From the NCBI GenBank assembly GCA_040954595.2, contig CM082591.2:10123309-10187308 (forward strand): a stretch of 64,000 nt of DNA, given 5' to 3'. The stretch comes from Balanoglossus misakiensis. Taxonomy: Eukaryota; Animalia; Hemichordata. The notes beneath the pieces are model-generated. The model had not been told where the DNA came from and did not search any database. It saw nothing but the letters and a program-made list of their open reading frames with translations. Both the position numbers and the translations under genes were made by a program. The number at the start of each line of letters is the position of its first letter. Within the stretch, counting starts at the first letter, position 1. Shown here in pieces: positions 10,260 through 25,200 of this stretch.

Positions 10260-13200
10260 CATTACCACCGCTGGCTGCGCCCTTTAGCGTAGCGCCGATG
10301 GCAGTGGGAATGGGGCAGGGGACCAGACTACAAGTGAAGAACCCCAGTAACAGACGTAACGAACAAACAAACTACATGTACTAACAACAAAGCAAGAAAA
10401 GTGTCAAGCGTCGTCAAAGAAAACGAAAAAGTTCTAGCATGGTTGGTAAAAGTTATTGGTAGAAAACGAATAGGGCCTTCTACAAATGACGTCTCAGACC
10501 CGCAAACGCCACCAGAACACAAAACACATGCACAGAACAGTTTAAGCCGGTTGTTGTATGGAGCAGCAATAATCTGCGGTTGGGCCGTCGTAGATTTTCG
10601 CTGGTGGTGAAAATAAATAAAACACGATCGATGTTCGATTTATTCCAGATCACATGCGTTTACGGCCAGGAGAGAGCATAAAAGTCTTCAAATGACCATG
10701 TGGTGGCGCACTTTTTCCGATTGGCTGTATTTCAATTTGTTCGTGGTAAATTAATTTTGTGGAGGTGACCGGCACTGAAGCTCTTAGCTAGGATGAGGTG
10801 GGATGGAAAAATGCCCCATTTTAGCTGTTTTAAAATATACGACTATTTATAGACAAAAGGAAAATAAAACAAGCGCAAAAACATACCAAACCTAGTTTTA
10901 TTAATTAAAAACAAAATTGCTGAGTAAAGGTTTTCATGTGGGCATTCACTTTGAACTTGCTAAATTAATTTAAAGAGACAAAGTCGCTCTCTCTTTGTCC
11001 TTTTGCGATGATAGAATGCTTGCTTGAAGTCTCTCGTGCAATAAATTATGTCGATTCATACATGTATGGATGGTGTATAGGTGGTCGGAATTTACATGTC
11101 TTTGCCACGACCAAACCAACAACACGTAAAATCAAAGTTTGGGTCATGAAATCGAGTTTTGTTACAGTCTGGAATTTCATGCCACCCCTTATGGTCATAT
11201 TATTCTTGGTAGGCAAAAGTGACAAGTAGTCAAGTTTCAACACAGGCAACATTTTTTACAAACAAACCACAAAGAAGACATCAAAAGGGAGAGAATTATA
11301 GAATGGTCAATGTGTGAAAAGTTAAGATACGTAAAGTGGCCGGGTTCAACATTAACTCATCGACTTCATATCGTCTTCATGCCATGGTTTTTGCCTGCCC
11401 TGAAAGTTCTTGTCGTTGCAGAAGTGGTTTTGACAGAAAGAATTTAGTCTTCCGGGATGTTTGTGATTATTTGAACACCAGACAATACAATGCAACCTTG
11501 ACTTCCAAAATACTTACCGGCATTGCATTATCTTACCATGGTTAGGCCTACAGTGAACAAATTTTCAAAAATATTTTCTGAGTTACCGCTGATATTTGTT
11601 TTGTAGTATGGATATTAAATTATACATCCAGATACATAGCAGAATGTTATAGAATCCTTCCTGAGTGATATTGAAAAAATTACCGGAATGCTACCGCCTA
11701 ATCTATGGTTAGGGTTATTGCTATTATTTTATATCAGTAATCGACTTTGTGTATATCAATGTCATTTTCATAACGAAAATGAACTCGAGTCTAATGTAAA
11801 CGTTACGAATTGATCGAAAGGCGCTCTGATGAATGTTAACACGAGTGCGCAGTGACAAGACATGCATCGTGCATGACAGTGACAACAGTTCCTATAGAGC
11901 AGTTAAAAAATAAACCGGCCGTCCGTAAATTTATCAGCTATATTTTTTTTTATTTAGTCACGTTTTTCCTGTTGCATGCTATTAGTTCAGGGGCCAGTTT
12001 TAGCAGTGCTCTATTGAGTACTTTCGTATCGATGGATTGATCTCTCGTCCAATCAGAATGGCGGATGGTAGCATGATCCGACATATTGCGTATTACAATA
12101 GGGCTTCCTCATACAGGTCAGAACGGCGAGGTCATTCCTTTTATTTTAGGACGTCTCAGCTCCTTTGTCTTTTCTGTTATAGTGTTAAAGAAATCAAACG
12201 GTTTTGTTTTGGCCGGTAAACACCGATGGATTAACTCTTAAGTCCATCGTGCATCCAAACGCAGTCGAGTCGGTTTGGTCATTGTTTATGCGACAGTAAA
12301 TGCCAAATGTGACAGAAGCATCATATTAAATGAGATAGAATACACAAACAAACAAACATACGAATAAACAAACAGGCAAACAAACAAACAAACAACCATT
12401 AGGGACTGTTCAGAATTTACTTCCAAGTTGGGGATGGAGGATTTTTTATTTTCCTGGTTATTTTTATCCATGGTCTCCCCTAGTAAATTGTGGAGGAAAT
12501 ATGTGGTCCCTCCTTAAATTTCCTGGGGATTTTCCATGGTCCCCCTATTGTGACTTTTATGTCTAGTCTCCCCTAATTTGTCTTGGAGAAAATGGGTGGT
12601 CCCCCCCCCCCCCTCTGAAAATTCTCCGCCCCCTGGAAGTAAATTCTGAACAGTCCCTTATTAAAGCCAACAGCTAGCACCCTGGCTTCTCTGCCAGAGG
12701 AGCGATAACATCGACAAAATGCAGATACACAAGAAATGAGCACTTTATTCCACAAGTGAAGTAGTCTGTTCCCTGCCCCATTCCCACCGCTGGCTGCGCC
12801 CTTTAGCGTAGCGCCGATGGCAGTGGGAATGGGGCAGGGGACCAGACTACAAGTGAAGAACCCCAGTAACAGACGTAACGAACAAACAAACTACATGTAC
12901 TAACAACAAAGCAAGAAAAGTTTCAAGCGTCGTCAAAGAAAACGAAAAAGTTCTAGCATGGTTGGTAAAAGTTATTGGTAGAAAACGAATAGGGCCTTCT
13001 ACAAATGACGTCTCAGACCCGCAAACGCCACCAGAACACAAAACACATGCACAGAACAGTTTAAGCCGGTTGTTGTATGGAGCAGCAATAATCTGCGGTT
13101 GGGCCGTCGTAGATTTTCGCTGGTGGTGAAAATAAATAAAACACGGTCGATGTTCGATTTATTCCAGATCACATGCGTTTACGGCCAGGAGAGAGCATAA

Positions 13201-16200
13201 AAGTCTTCAAATGACCATGTGGTGGCGCACTTTTTCCGATTGGCTGTATTTCAATTTGTTCGTGGTAAATTAATTTTGTGGAGGTGACCGGCACTGAAGC
13301 TCTTAGCTAGGATGAGGTGGGATGGAAAAATGCCCCATTTTAGCTGTTTTAAAATATACGACTATTTATAGACAAAAGGAAAACAAAACAAGCGCAAAAA
13401 CATACCAAACCTAGTTTTATTAATTAAAAACAAAATTGCTGAGTAAAGGTTTTCATGTGGGCATTCACTTTGAACTTGCTAAATTAATTTAAAGAGACAA
13501 AGTCGCTCTCTCTTTGTCCTTTTGCGATGATAGAATGCTTGCTTGAAGTCTCTCGTGCAATAAATGATGTCGATTCATACATGTATGGATGGTGTATAGG
13601 TGGTCGGAATTTACATGTCTTTGCCACGACCAAACCAACAACACGTAAAATCAAAGTTTGGGTCATGAAATCGAGTTTTGTTACAGTCTAGAATTTCATG
13701 CCACCCCTTATGGTCATATTATTCTTGGTAGGCAAAAGTGACAAGTAGTCAAGTTTCAACACAGGCAAAATTTTTTACAAACAAACCACAAAGAAGACAT
13801 CAAAAGGGAGAGAATTATAGAATGGTCAATGTGTGAAAAGTTAAGATAGGTAAAGTGGCCGGGTTCAACATTAACTCATCGACTTCATATCGTCTTCATG
13901 CCATCGTTTTTGCCTGCCCTGAAAGTTCTTGTCGTTGCAGAAGTGGTTTTGACAGAAAGAATTTAGTCTTCCGGGATGTTTGTGATTATTTGAACACCAG
14001 ACAATACAATGCAACCTTGACTTCCAAAATACTTACCGGCATTGCATTATCTTAGCATGGTTAGGCCTACAGTGAACAAATGTTCAACAATATTTTCTGA
14101 GTTACCGCTGATATTTGTTTTGTAGTATGGATATTAAATTATACATCCCGATACAAAACAGAATGTTATAGAATCCTTCCTGAGTGATATTGAAAAAATT
14201 ACCGGAATGCTACCACCTAATCTATGGTTAGGGTTATTGCTATTATTTTATATCAGTAATCGACTTTGTGTATATCAATGTCATTTTCATAACGAAAATG
14301 AACTCGAGTCTAATGTAAACGTTACGAATTGATCGAAAGGCGCTCTGATGAATGTTAACACGAGTAGGCAGTGACAAGACATGCATCGTGCATGACAGTG
14401 ACAACAGTTCCTATAGAGCAGTTAAAAAATAAACCGGCCGTCCGTAAATTTATCAGCTATATTTTTTTTTATTTAGTCACGTTTTCCCTGTTGCATGCTA
14501 TTAGTTCAGGGGCCACTTTTAGCAGTGCTCTATTGAGTACTTTCGTATCGATGGATTGATCTCTCGTCCAATCAGAATGGCGGATGGTAGCATGATCCGA
14601 CATATTGCGTATTACAATAGGGCTTCCTCATACAGGTCAGAACGGAGAGGTCATTCCTTTTATTTTAGGACGTCTCAGCTCCTTTGTCTTTTCTGTTATA
14701 GTGTTAAATAAATCAAACGGTTTTGTTTTGGCCGGTAAACACTGATGGATTAACTCTTAAGTCCATCGTGCATCCAAACGCAGTCGAGTCGGTTTGGTCA
14801 TTGTTTATGCGACAGTAAATGCCAAATGTGACAGAAGCATCATATTAAATGAGATAGAATACACAAACAAACAAACATACGAATAAACAAACAGGCAAAC
14901 AAACAAACAAACAACCATTAGGGACTGTTCAGAATTTACTTCCAAGTTGGGGATGGAGGTTTTTTTATTTTCCTGGTGATTTATTTCCATGGTCTCCCCT
15001 AGTAAATTGTGGAGGAAATATGTGGTCCCTCCTTAAATTTCCTGGGGATTTTCCATGGTCCCCCTATTGTGACTTTTATGTCTAGTCTCCCCTAATTTGT
15101 CTTGGAGAAAATGGATGGTCCCCCCCCCCCTCTGAAAATTCTCCGCCCCCTGGAAGTAAATTCTGAACAGTCCCTTATTAAAGCCAACAGCTAGCACCCT
15201 GGCTTCTCTGCCAGAGGAGCGATAACATCGACAAAATGCAGATACACAAGAAATGAGCACTTTATTCCACAAGTGAAGTAGTCTGTTCCCTGCCCCATTC
15301 CCACCGCTGGCTGCGCCCTTTAGCGTAGCGCCGATGGCAGTGGGAATGGGGCAGGGGACCAGACTACAAGTGAAGAACCCCAGTAACAGACGTAACGAAC
15401 AAACAAACTACATGTACTAACAACAAAGCAAGAAAAGTGTCAAGCGTCGTCAAAGAAAACGAAAAAGTTCTAGCATGGTTGGTAAAAGTTATTGGTAAAA
15501 AACGAATAGGGCCTTCTACAAATCACGTCTCAGACCCGCAAACGCCACCAGAACACAAAACACATGCACAGAACAGTTTAAGCCGGTTTTTGTATGGAGC
15601 AGCAATAATCTGCGGTTGGGCCGTCGTAGATTTTCGCTGGTGGTGAAAATAAATAAAACACGATCGATGTTCGATTTATTCCAGATCACATGCGTTTACG
15701 GCCAGGAGAGAGCATAAAAGTCTTCAAATGACCATGTGGTGGCGCACTTTTTCCGATTGGCTGTATTTCAATTTGTTCGTGGTAAATTAATTTTGTGGAG
15801 GTGACCGGCACTGAAGCTCTTAGCTAGGATGAGGTGGGATGGAAAAATGCCCCATTTTAGCTGTTTTAAAATATACGACTATTTATAGACAAAAGGAAAA
15901 TAAAACAAGCGCAAAAACATACCAAACCTAGTTTTATTAATTAAAAACAAAATTGCTGAGTAAAGGTTTTCATGTGGGCATTCACTTTGAACTTGCTAAA
16001 TTAATTTAAAGAGACAAAGTCGCTCTCTCTTTGTCCTTTTGCGATGATAGAATGCTTGCTTGAATTCTCTCGTGCAATAAATGATGTCGATTCATACATG
16101 TATGGATGGTGTATAGGTAGTCGGAATTTACATGTCTTTGCCACGACCAAACCAACAACACGTAAAATCAAAGTTTGGGTCATAAAATCGAGTTTGGTTA

Positions 16201-19200
16201 CAGTCTAGAATTTCATGCCACCCCTTATGGTCATATTATTCTTGGTAGGCAAAAGTGACAAGTAGTCAAGTTTCAACACAGGCAACATTTTTTACAAACA
16301 AACCACAAAGAAGACATCAAAAGGGAGAGAATTATAGAATGGTCAATGTGTGAAAAGTTAAGATACGTAAAGTGGCCGGGTTCAACATTAACTCATCGAC
16401 TTCATATCGTCTTCATGCCATGGTTTTTGCCTGCCCTGAAAGTTCTTGTCGTTGCAGAAGTGGTTTTGACAGAAAGAATTTAGTCTTCCGGGATGTTTGT
16501 GATTATTTGAACACCAGACAATACAATACAATGCAACCTTGACTTCCAAAATACTTACCGGCATTGCATTATCTTACCATGGTTAGGCCTACAGTGAACA
16601 CATTTTCAACAATATTTTCTGAGATACCGCTGATATTTGTTTTGTAGTATGGATATTAAATTATACATCCCGATACAAAACAGAATGTTATAGAATCCTT
16701 CCTGAGTGATATTGAAAAAATTACCGGAATGCTACCGCCTAATCTATGGTTAGGATTATTGCTATTATTTTACATCAGTAATCGACTTTGTGTATATCAA
16801 TGTCATTTTCATAACGAAAATGAACTCGAGTCTAATGTAAACGTTACGAATTGATCGAAAGGCGCTCTGATGAATGTTAACACGAGTGCGCAGTGACAAG
16901 ACATGCATCGTGCATGACAGTGACAACAGTTCCTATAGAGCAGTTAAAAAATAAACCGGCCGTCCGTAAATTTATCAGCTATATTTTTTTTATTTAGTCA
17001 CGTTTTCCCTGTTGCATGCTATTAGTTCAGGGGCCAGTTTTAGCAGTGCTCTATTGAGTACTTTCGTATCGATGGATTGATCTCTCGTCCAATCAGAATG
17101 GCGGATGGTAGCATGATCCGACATATTGCGTATTACAATAGGGCTTCCTCATACAGGTCAGAACGGAGAGGTCTTTCATTTTATTTTAGGACGTCTCAGC
17201 TCCTTTGTATTTTCTGTTATAGTGTTAAAGAAATCAAACGGTTTTGTTTTGGCCGGTAAACACCGATGGATTAACTCTTAAGTCCATCGTGCATCCAAAC
17301 GCAGTCGAGTCGGTTTGGTCATTGTTTATACGACAGTAAATGCCAAATGTGACAGAAGCATCATATTAAATGAGATAGAATACACAAAAAAACAAACATA
17401 CGAATAAACAAACAGGCAAACAAACAAACAAACAACCATTAGGGACTGTTCAGAATTTACTTCCAAGTTGGGGATGGAGGATTTTTTATTTTCCTGGTGA
17501 TTTTTTTCCATGGTCTCCCCTAGTAAATTGTGGAGGAAATATGTGGTCCCTCCTTAAATTTCCTGGGGATTTTCCATGGTCCCCCTATTGTGACTTTTAT
17601 GTCTAGTCTCCCCTAATTTGTCTTGGAGAAAATGGGTGGTCCCCCCCCCCCTCTGAAAATTCTCCGCCCCCTGGAAGTAAATTCTGAACAGTCCCTTATT
17701 AAAGCCAACAGCTAGCACCCTGGCTTCTCTGCCAGAGGAGCGATAACATCGACAAAATGCAGATACACAAGAAATGAGCACTTTATTCCACAAGTGAAGT
17801 AGTCTGTTCCCTGCCCCATTCCCACCGCTGACTGCGCCCTTTAGCGTAGCGCTGATGGCAGTGGGAATGGGGCAGGGGACCAGACTACAAGTGAAGAACC
17901 CCAGTAACAGACGTAGCGAACAAACAAACTACATGTACTAACAACAAAGCAAGAAAAGTGTCAAGCGTCGTCAAAGAAAACGAAAAAGTTCTAGCATGGT
18001 TGGTAAAAGTTATTGGTAGAAAACGAATAGGGCCTTCTACAAATGACGTCTCAGACCCGCAAACGCCACCAGAACACAAAACACATGCACAGAACAGTTT
18101 AAGCCGGTTGTTGTATGGAGCAGCAATAATCTGCGGTTGGGCCGTCGTAGATTTTCGCTGGTGGTGAAAATAAATAAAACACGATCGATGTTCGATTTAT
18201 TCCAGATCACATGCGTTTACGGCCAGGAGAGAGCATAAAAGTCTTCAAATGACCATGTGGTGGCGCACTTTTTCCGATTGGCTGTATTTCAATTTGTTCG
18301 TGGTAAATTAATTTTGTGGAGGTGACCGGCACTGAAGCTCTTAGCTAGGATGAGGTGGGATGGAAAAATGCCCCATTTTAGCTGTTTTAAAATATACGAC
18401 TATTTATAGACAAAAGGAAAATAAAACAAGCGCAAAAACATACCAAACCTAGTTTTATTAATTAAAAACAAAATTGCTGAGTAAAGGTTTTCATGTGGGC
18501 ATTCACTTTGAACTTGCTAAATTAATTTAAAGAGACAAAGTCGCTCTCTCTTTGTCCTTTTGCGATGATAGAATGCTTGCTTGAAGTCTCTCGTGCAATA
18601 AATGATGTCGATTCATACATGTATGGATGGTGTATAGGTGGTCGGAATTTACATGTCTTCGCCACGACCAAACCAACAACACGTAAAATCAAAGTTTGGG
18701 TCATAAAATCGAGTTTGGTTACAGTCTAGAATTTCATGCCACCCCTTATGGTCATATTATTCTTGGTAGGCAAAAGTGACAAGTAGTCAAGTTTCAACAC
18801 AGGCAACATTTTTTACAAACAAACCACAAAGAAGACATCAAAAGGGAGAGAATTATAGAATGGTCAATGTGTGAAAAGTTAAGATACGTAAAGTGGCCGG
18901 GTTCAACATTAACTCATCGACTTCATATCGTCTTCATGCCATGGTTTTTGCCTGCCCTGAAAGTTCTTGTCGTTGCAGAAGTGGTTTTGACAGAAAGAAT
19001 TTAGTCTTCCGGGATGTTTGTGATTATTTGAACACCAGACAATACAATGCAACCTTGACTTCCAAAATACTTACCGGCATTGCATTATCTTACCATGGTT
19101 AGGCCTACAGTGAACACATTTTCAACAATATTTTCTGAGATACCGCTGATATTTGTTTTGTAGTATGGATATTAAATTATACATCCCGATACAAAACAGA

Positions 19201-22200
19201 ATGTTATAGAATCCTTCCTGAGTGATATTGAAAAAATTACCGGAATGGTACCGCCTAATCTATGGTTAGGGTTATTGCTATTATTTTATATCAGTAATCG
19301 ACTTTGTGTATATCAATGTCATTTTCATAACGAAAATGAACTCGAGTCTAATGTAAACGTTACGAATTGATCGAAAGGCGCTCTGATGAATGTTAACACG
19401 AGTGCGCAGTGACAAGACATGCATCGTGCATGACAGTGACAACAGTTCCTATAGAGCAGTTAAAAAATAAACCGGCCGTCCGTAAATTTATCAGCTATAT
19501 TTTTTTTTATTTAGTCACGTTTTCCCTGTTGCATGCTATTAGTTCAGGGACCAGTTTTAGCAGTGCTCTATTGAGTACTTTCGTATCGATGGATTGATCT
19601 CTCGTCCAATCAGAATGGCGGATGGTAGCATGATCCGACATATTGCGTATTACAATAGGGCTTCCTCATACAGGTCAGAACGGAGAGGTCATTCCTTTTA
19701 TTTTAGGACGTCTCAGCTCCTTTGTATTTTCTGTTATAGTGTTAAAGAAATCAAACGGTTTTGTTTTGGCCGGTAAACACCGATGGATTAACTCTTAAGT
19801 CCATCGTGCATCCAAACGCAGTCGAGTCGGTTTGGTCATTGTTTATGCGACAGTAAATGCCAAATGTGACAGAAGCATCATATTAAATGAGATAGAATAC
19901 ACAAACAAACAAACATACGAATAAACAAACAGGCAAACAAACAAACAAACAACCATTAGGGACTGTTCAGAATTTACTTCCAAGTTGGGGATGGAGGATT
20001 TTTTATTTTCCTGGTGATTTTTTTCCATGGTCTCCCCTAGTAAATTGTGGAGGAAATATGTGGTCCCTCCTTAAATTTCCTGGGGATTTTCCATGGTCCC
20101 CCTATTGTGACTTTTATGTCTAGTCTCCCCTAATTTGTCTTGGAGAAAATGGGTGGTCCCCCCCCCCTCTGAAAATTCTCCGCCCCCTGGAAGTAAATTC
20201 TGAACAGTCCCTTATTAAAGCCAACAGCTAGCACCCTGGCTTCTCTGCCAGAGGAGCGATAACATCGACAAAATGCAGATACACAAGAAATGAGCACTTT
20301 ATTCCACAAGTGAAGTAGTCTGTTCCCTGCCCCATTACCACCGCTGGCTGCGCCCTTTAGCGTAGCGCCGATGGCAGTGGGAATGGGGCAGGGGACCAGA
20401 CTACAAGTGAAGAACCCCAGTAACAGACGTAACGAACAAACAAACTACATGTACTAACAACAAAGCAAGAAAAGTGTCAAGCGTCGTCAAAGAAAACGAA
20501 AAAGTTCTAGCATGGTTGGTAAAAGTTATTGGTAGAAAACGAATAGGGCCTTCTACAAATGACGTCTCAGACCCGCAAACGCCACCAGAACACAAAACAC
20601 ATGCACAGAACAGTTTAAGCCGGTTGTTGTATGGAGCAGCAATAATCTGCGGTTGGGCCGTCGTAGATTTTCGCTGGTGGTGAAAATAAATAAAACACGA
20701 TCGATGTTCGATTTATTCCAGATCACATGCGTTTACGGCCAGGAGAGAGCATAAAAGTCTTCAAATGACCATGTGGTGGCGCACTTTTTCCGATTGGCTG
20801 TATTTCAATTTGTTCGTGGTAAATTAATTTTGTGGAGGTGACCGGCACTGAAGCTCTTAGCTAGGATGAGGTGGGATGGAAAAATGCCCCATTTTAGCTG
20901 TTTTAAAATATACGACTATTTATAGACAAAAGGAAAATAAAACAAGCGCAAAAACATACCAAACCTAGTTTTATTAATTAAAAACAAAATTGCTGAGTAA
21001 AGGTTTTCATGTGGGCATTCACTTTGAACTTGCTAAATTAATTTAAAGAGACAAAGTCGCTCTCTCTTTGTCCTTTTGCGATGATAGAATGCTTGCTTGA
21101 AGTCTCTCGTGCAATAAATGATGTCGATTCATACATGTATGGATGGTGTATAGGTGGTCGGAATTTACATGTCTTCGCCACGACCAAACCAACAACACGT
21201 AAAATCAAAGTTTGGGTCATAAAATCGAGTTTGGTTACAGTCTAGAATTTCATGCCACCCCTTATGGTCATATTATTCTTGGTAGGCAAAAGTGACAAGT
21301 AGTCAAGTTTCAACACAGGCAACATTTTTTACAAACAAACCACAAAGAAGACATCAAAAGGGAGAGAATTATAGAATGGTCAATGTGTGAAAAGTTAAGA
21401 TACGTAAAGTGGCCGGGTTCAACATTAACTCATCGACTTCATATCGTCTTCATGCCATGGTTTTTGCCTGCCCTGAAAGTTCTTGTCGTTGCAGAAGTGG
21501 TTTTGACAGAAAGAATTTAGTCTTCCGGGATGTTTGTGATTATTTGAACACCAGACAATACAATGCAACCTTGACTTCCAAAATACTTACCGGCATTGCA
21601 TTATCTTACCATGGTTAGGCCTACAGTGAACACATTTTCAACAATATTTTCTGAGATACCGCTGATATTTGTTTTGTAGTATGGATATTAAATTATACAT
21701 CCCGATACAAAACAGAATGTTATAGAATCCTTCCTGAGTGATATTGAAAAAATTACCGGAATGGTACCGCCTAATCTATGGTTAGGGTTATTGCTATTAT
21801 TTTATATCAGTAATCGACTTTGTGTATATCAATGTCATTTTCATAACGAAAATGAACTCGAGTCTAATGTAAACGTTACGAATTGATCGAAAGGCGCTCT
21901 GATGAATGTTAACACGAGTGCGCAGTGACAAGACATGCATCGTGCATGACAGTGACAACAGTTCCTATAGAGCAGTTAAAAAATAAACCGGCCGTCCGTA
22001 AATTTATCAGCTATATTTTTTTTTATTTAGTCACGTTTTCCCTGTTGCATGCTATTAGTTCAGGGACCAGTTTTAGCAGTGCTCTATTGAGTACTTTCGT
22101 ATCGATGGATTGATCTCTCGTCCAATCAGAATGGCGGATGGTAGCATGATCCGACATATTGCGTATTACAATAGGGCTTCCTCATACAGGTCAGAACGGA

Positions 22201-25200
22201 GAGGTCTTTCATTTTATTTTAGGACGTCTCAGCTCCTTTGTATTTTCTGTTATAGTGTTAAAGAAATCAAACGGTTTTGTTTTGGCCGGTAAACACCGAT
22301 GGATTAACTCTTAAGTCCATCGTGCATCCAAACGCAGTCGAGTCGGTTTGGTCATTGTTTATGCGACAGTAAATGCCAAATGTGACAGAAGCATCATATT
22401 AAATGAGATAGAATACACAAACAAACAAACATACGAATAAACAAACAGGCAAACAAACAAACAAACAACCATTAGGGACTGTTCAGAATTTACTTCCAAG
22501 TTGGGGATGGAGGATTTTTTATTTTCCTGGTGATTTTTTTCCATGGTCTCCCCTAGTAAATTGTGGAGGAAATATGTGGTCCCTCCTTAAATTTCCTGGG
22601 GATTTTCCATGGTCCCCCTATTGTGACTTTTATGTCTAGTCTCCCCTAATTTGTCTTGGAGAAAATGGGTGGTCCCCCCCCCCTCTGAAAATTCTCCGCC
22701 CCCTGGAAGTAAATTCTGAACAGTCCCTTATTAAAGCCAACAGCTAGCACCCTGGCTTCTCTGCCAGAGGAGCGATAACATCGACAAAATGCAGATACAC
22801 AAGAAATGAGCACTTTATTCCACAAGTGAAGTAGTCTGTTCCCTGCCCCATTACCACCGCTGGCTGCGCCCTTTAGCGTAGCGCCGATGGCAGTGGGAAT
22901 GGGGCAGGGGACCAGACTACAAGTGAAGAACCCCAGTAACAGACGTAACGAACAAACAAACTACATGTACTAACAACAAAGCAAGAAAAGTGTCAAGCGT
23001 CGTCAAAGAAAACGAAAAAGTTCTAGCATGGTTGGTAAAAGTTATTGGTAGAAAACGAATAGGGCCTTCTACAAATGACGTCTCAGACCCGCAAACGCCA
23101 CCAGAACACAAAACACATGCACAGAACAGTTTAAGCCGGTTGTTGTATGGAGCAGCAATAATCTGCGGTTGGGCCGTCGTAGATTTTCGCTGGTGGTGAA
23201 AATAAATAAAACACGATCGATGTTCGATTTATTCCAGATCACATGCGTTTACGGCCAGGAGAGAGCATAAAAGTCTTCAAATGACCATGTGGTGGCGCAC
23301 TTTTTCCGATTGGCTGTATTTCAATTTGTTCGTGGTAAATTAATTTTGTGGAGGTGACCGGCACTGAAGCTCTTAGCTAGGATGAGGTGGGATGGAAAAA
23401 TGCCCCATTTTAGCTGTTTTAAAATATACGACTATTTATAGACAAAAGGAAAATAAAACAAGCGCAAAAACATACCAAACCTAGTTTTATTAATTAAAAA
23501 CAAAATTGCTGAGTAAAGGTTTTCATGTGGGCATTCACTTTGAACTTGCTAAATTAATTTAAAGAGACAAAGTCGCTCTCTCTTTGTCCTTTTGCGATGA
23601 TAGAATGCTTGCTTGAAGTCTCTCGTGCAATAAATTATGTCGATTCATACATGTATGGATGGTGTATAGGTGGTCGGAATTTACATGTCTTTGCCACGAC
23701 CAAACCAACAACACGTAAAATCAAAGTTTGGGTCATGAAATCGAGTTTTGTTACAGTCTGGAATTTCATGCCACCCCTTATGGTCATATTATTCTTGGTA
23801 GGCAAAAGTGACAAGTAGTCAAGTTTCAACACAGGCAACATTTTTTACAAACAAACCACAAAGAAGACATCAAAAGGGAGAGAATTATAGAATGGTCAAT
23901 GTGTGAAAAGTTAAGATACGTAAAGTGGCCGGGTTCAACATTAACTCATCGACTTCATATCGTCTTCATGCCATGGTTTTTGCCTGCCCTGAAAGTTCTT
24001 GTCGTTGCAGAAGTGGTTTTGACAGAAAGAATTTAGTCTTCCGGGATGTTTGTGATTATTTGAACACCAGACAATACAATGCAACCTTGACTTCCAAAAT
24101 ACTTACCGGCATTGCATTATCTTACCATGGTTAGGCCTACAGTGAACAAATTTTCAAAAATATTTTCTGAGTTACCGCTGATATTTGTTTTGTAGTATGG
24201 ATATTAAATTATACATCCCGATACATAGCAGAATGTTATAGAATCCTTCCTGAGTGATATTGAAAAAATTACCGGAATGCTACCGCCTAATCTATGGTTA
24301 GGGTTATTGCTATTATTTTATATCAGTAATCGACTTTGTGTATATCAATGTCATTTTCATAACGAAAATGAACTCGAGTCTAATGTAAACGTTACGAATT
24401 GATCGAAAGGCGCTCTGATGAATGTTAACACGAGTGCGCAGTGACAAGACATGCATCGTGCACGACAGTGACAACAGTTCCTATAGAGCAGTTAAAAAAT
24501 AAACCGGCCGTCCGTAAATTTATCAGCTATATTTTTTTTTATTTAGTCACGTTTTTCCTGTTGCATGCTATTAGTTCAGGGGCCAGTTTTAGCAGTGCTC
24601 TATTGAGTACTTTCGTATCGATGGATTGATCTCTCGTCCAATCAGAATGGCGGATGGTAGCATGATCCGACATATTGCGTATTACAATAGGGCTTCCTCA
24701 TACAGGTCAGAACGGCGAGGTCATTCCTTTTATTTTAGGACGTCTCAGCTCCTTTGTCTTTTCTGTTATAGTGTTAAAGAAATCAAACGGTTTTGTTTTG
24801 GCCGGTAAACACCGATGGATTAACTCTTAAGTCCATCGTGCATCCAAACGCAGTCGAGTCGGTTTGGTCATTGTTTATGCGACAGTAAATGCCAAATGTG
24901 ACAGAAGCATCATATTAAATGAGATAGAATACACAAACAAACAAACATACGAATAAACAAACAGGCAAACAAACAAACAAACAACCATTAGGGACTGTTC
25001 AGAATTTACTTCCAAGTTGGGGATGGAGGATTTTTTATTTTCCTGGTTATTTTTATCCATGGTCTCCCCTAGTAAATTGTGGAGGAAATATGTGGTCCCT
25101 CCTTAAATTTCCTGGGGATTTTCCATGGTCCCCCTATTGTGACTTTTATGTCTAGTCTCCCCTAATTTGTCTTGGAGAAAATGGGTGGTCCCCCCCCCCC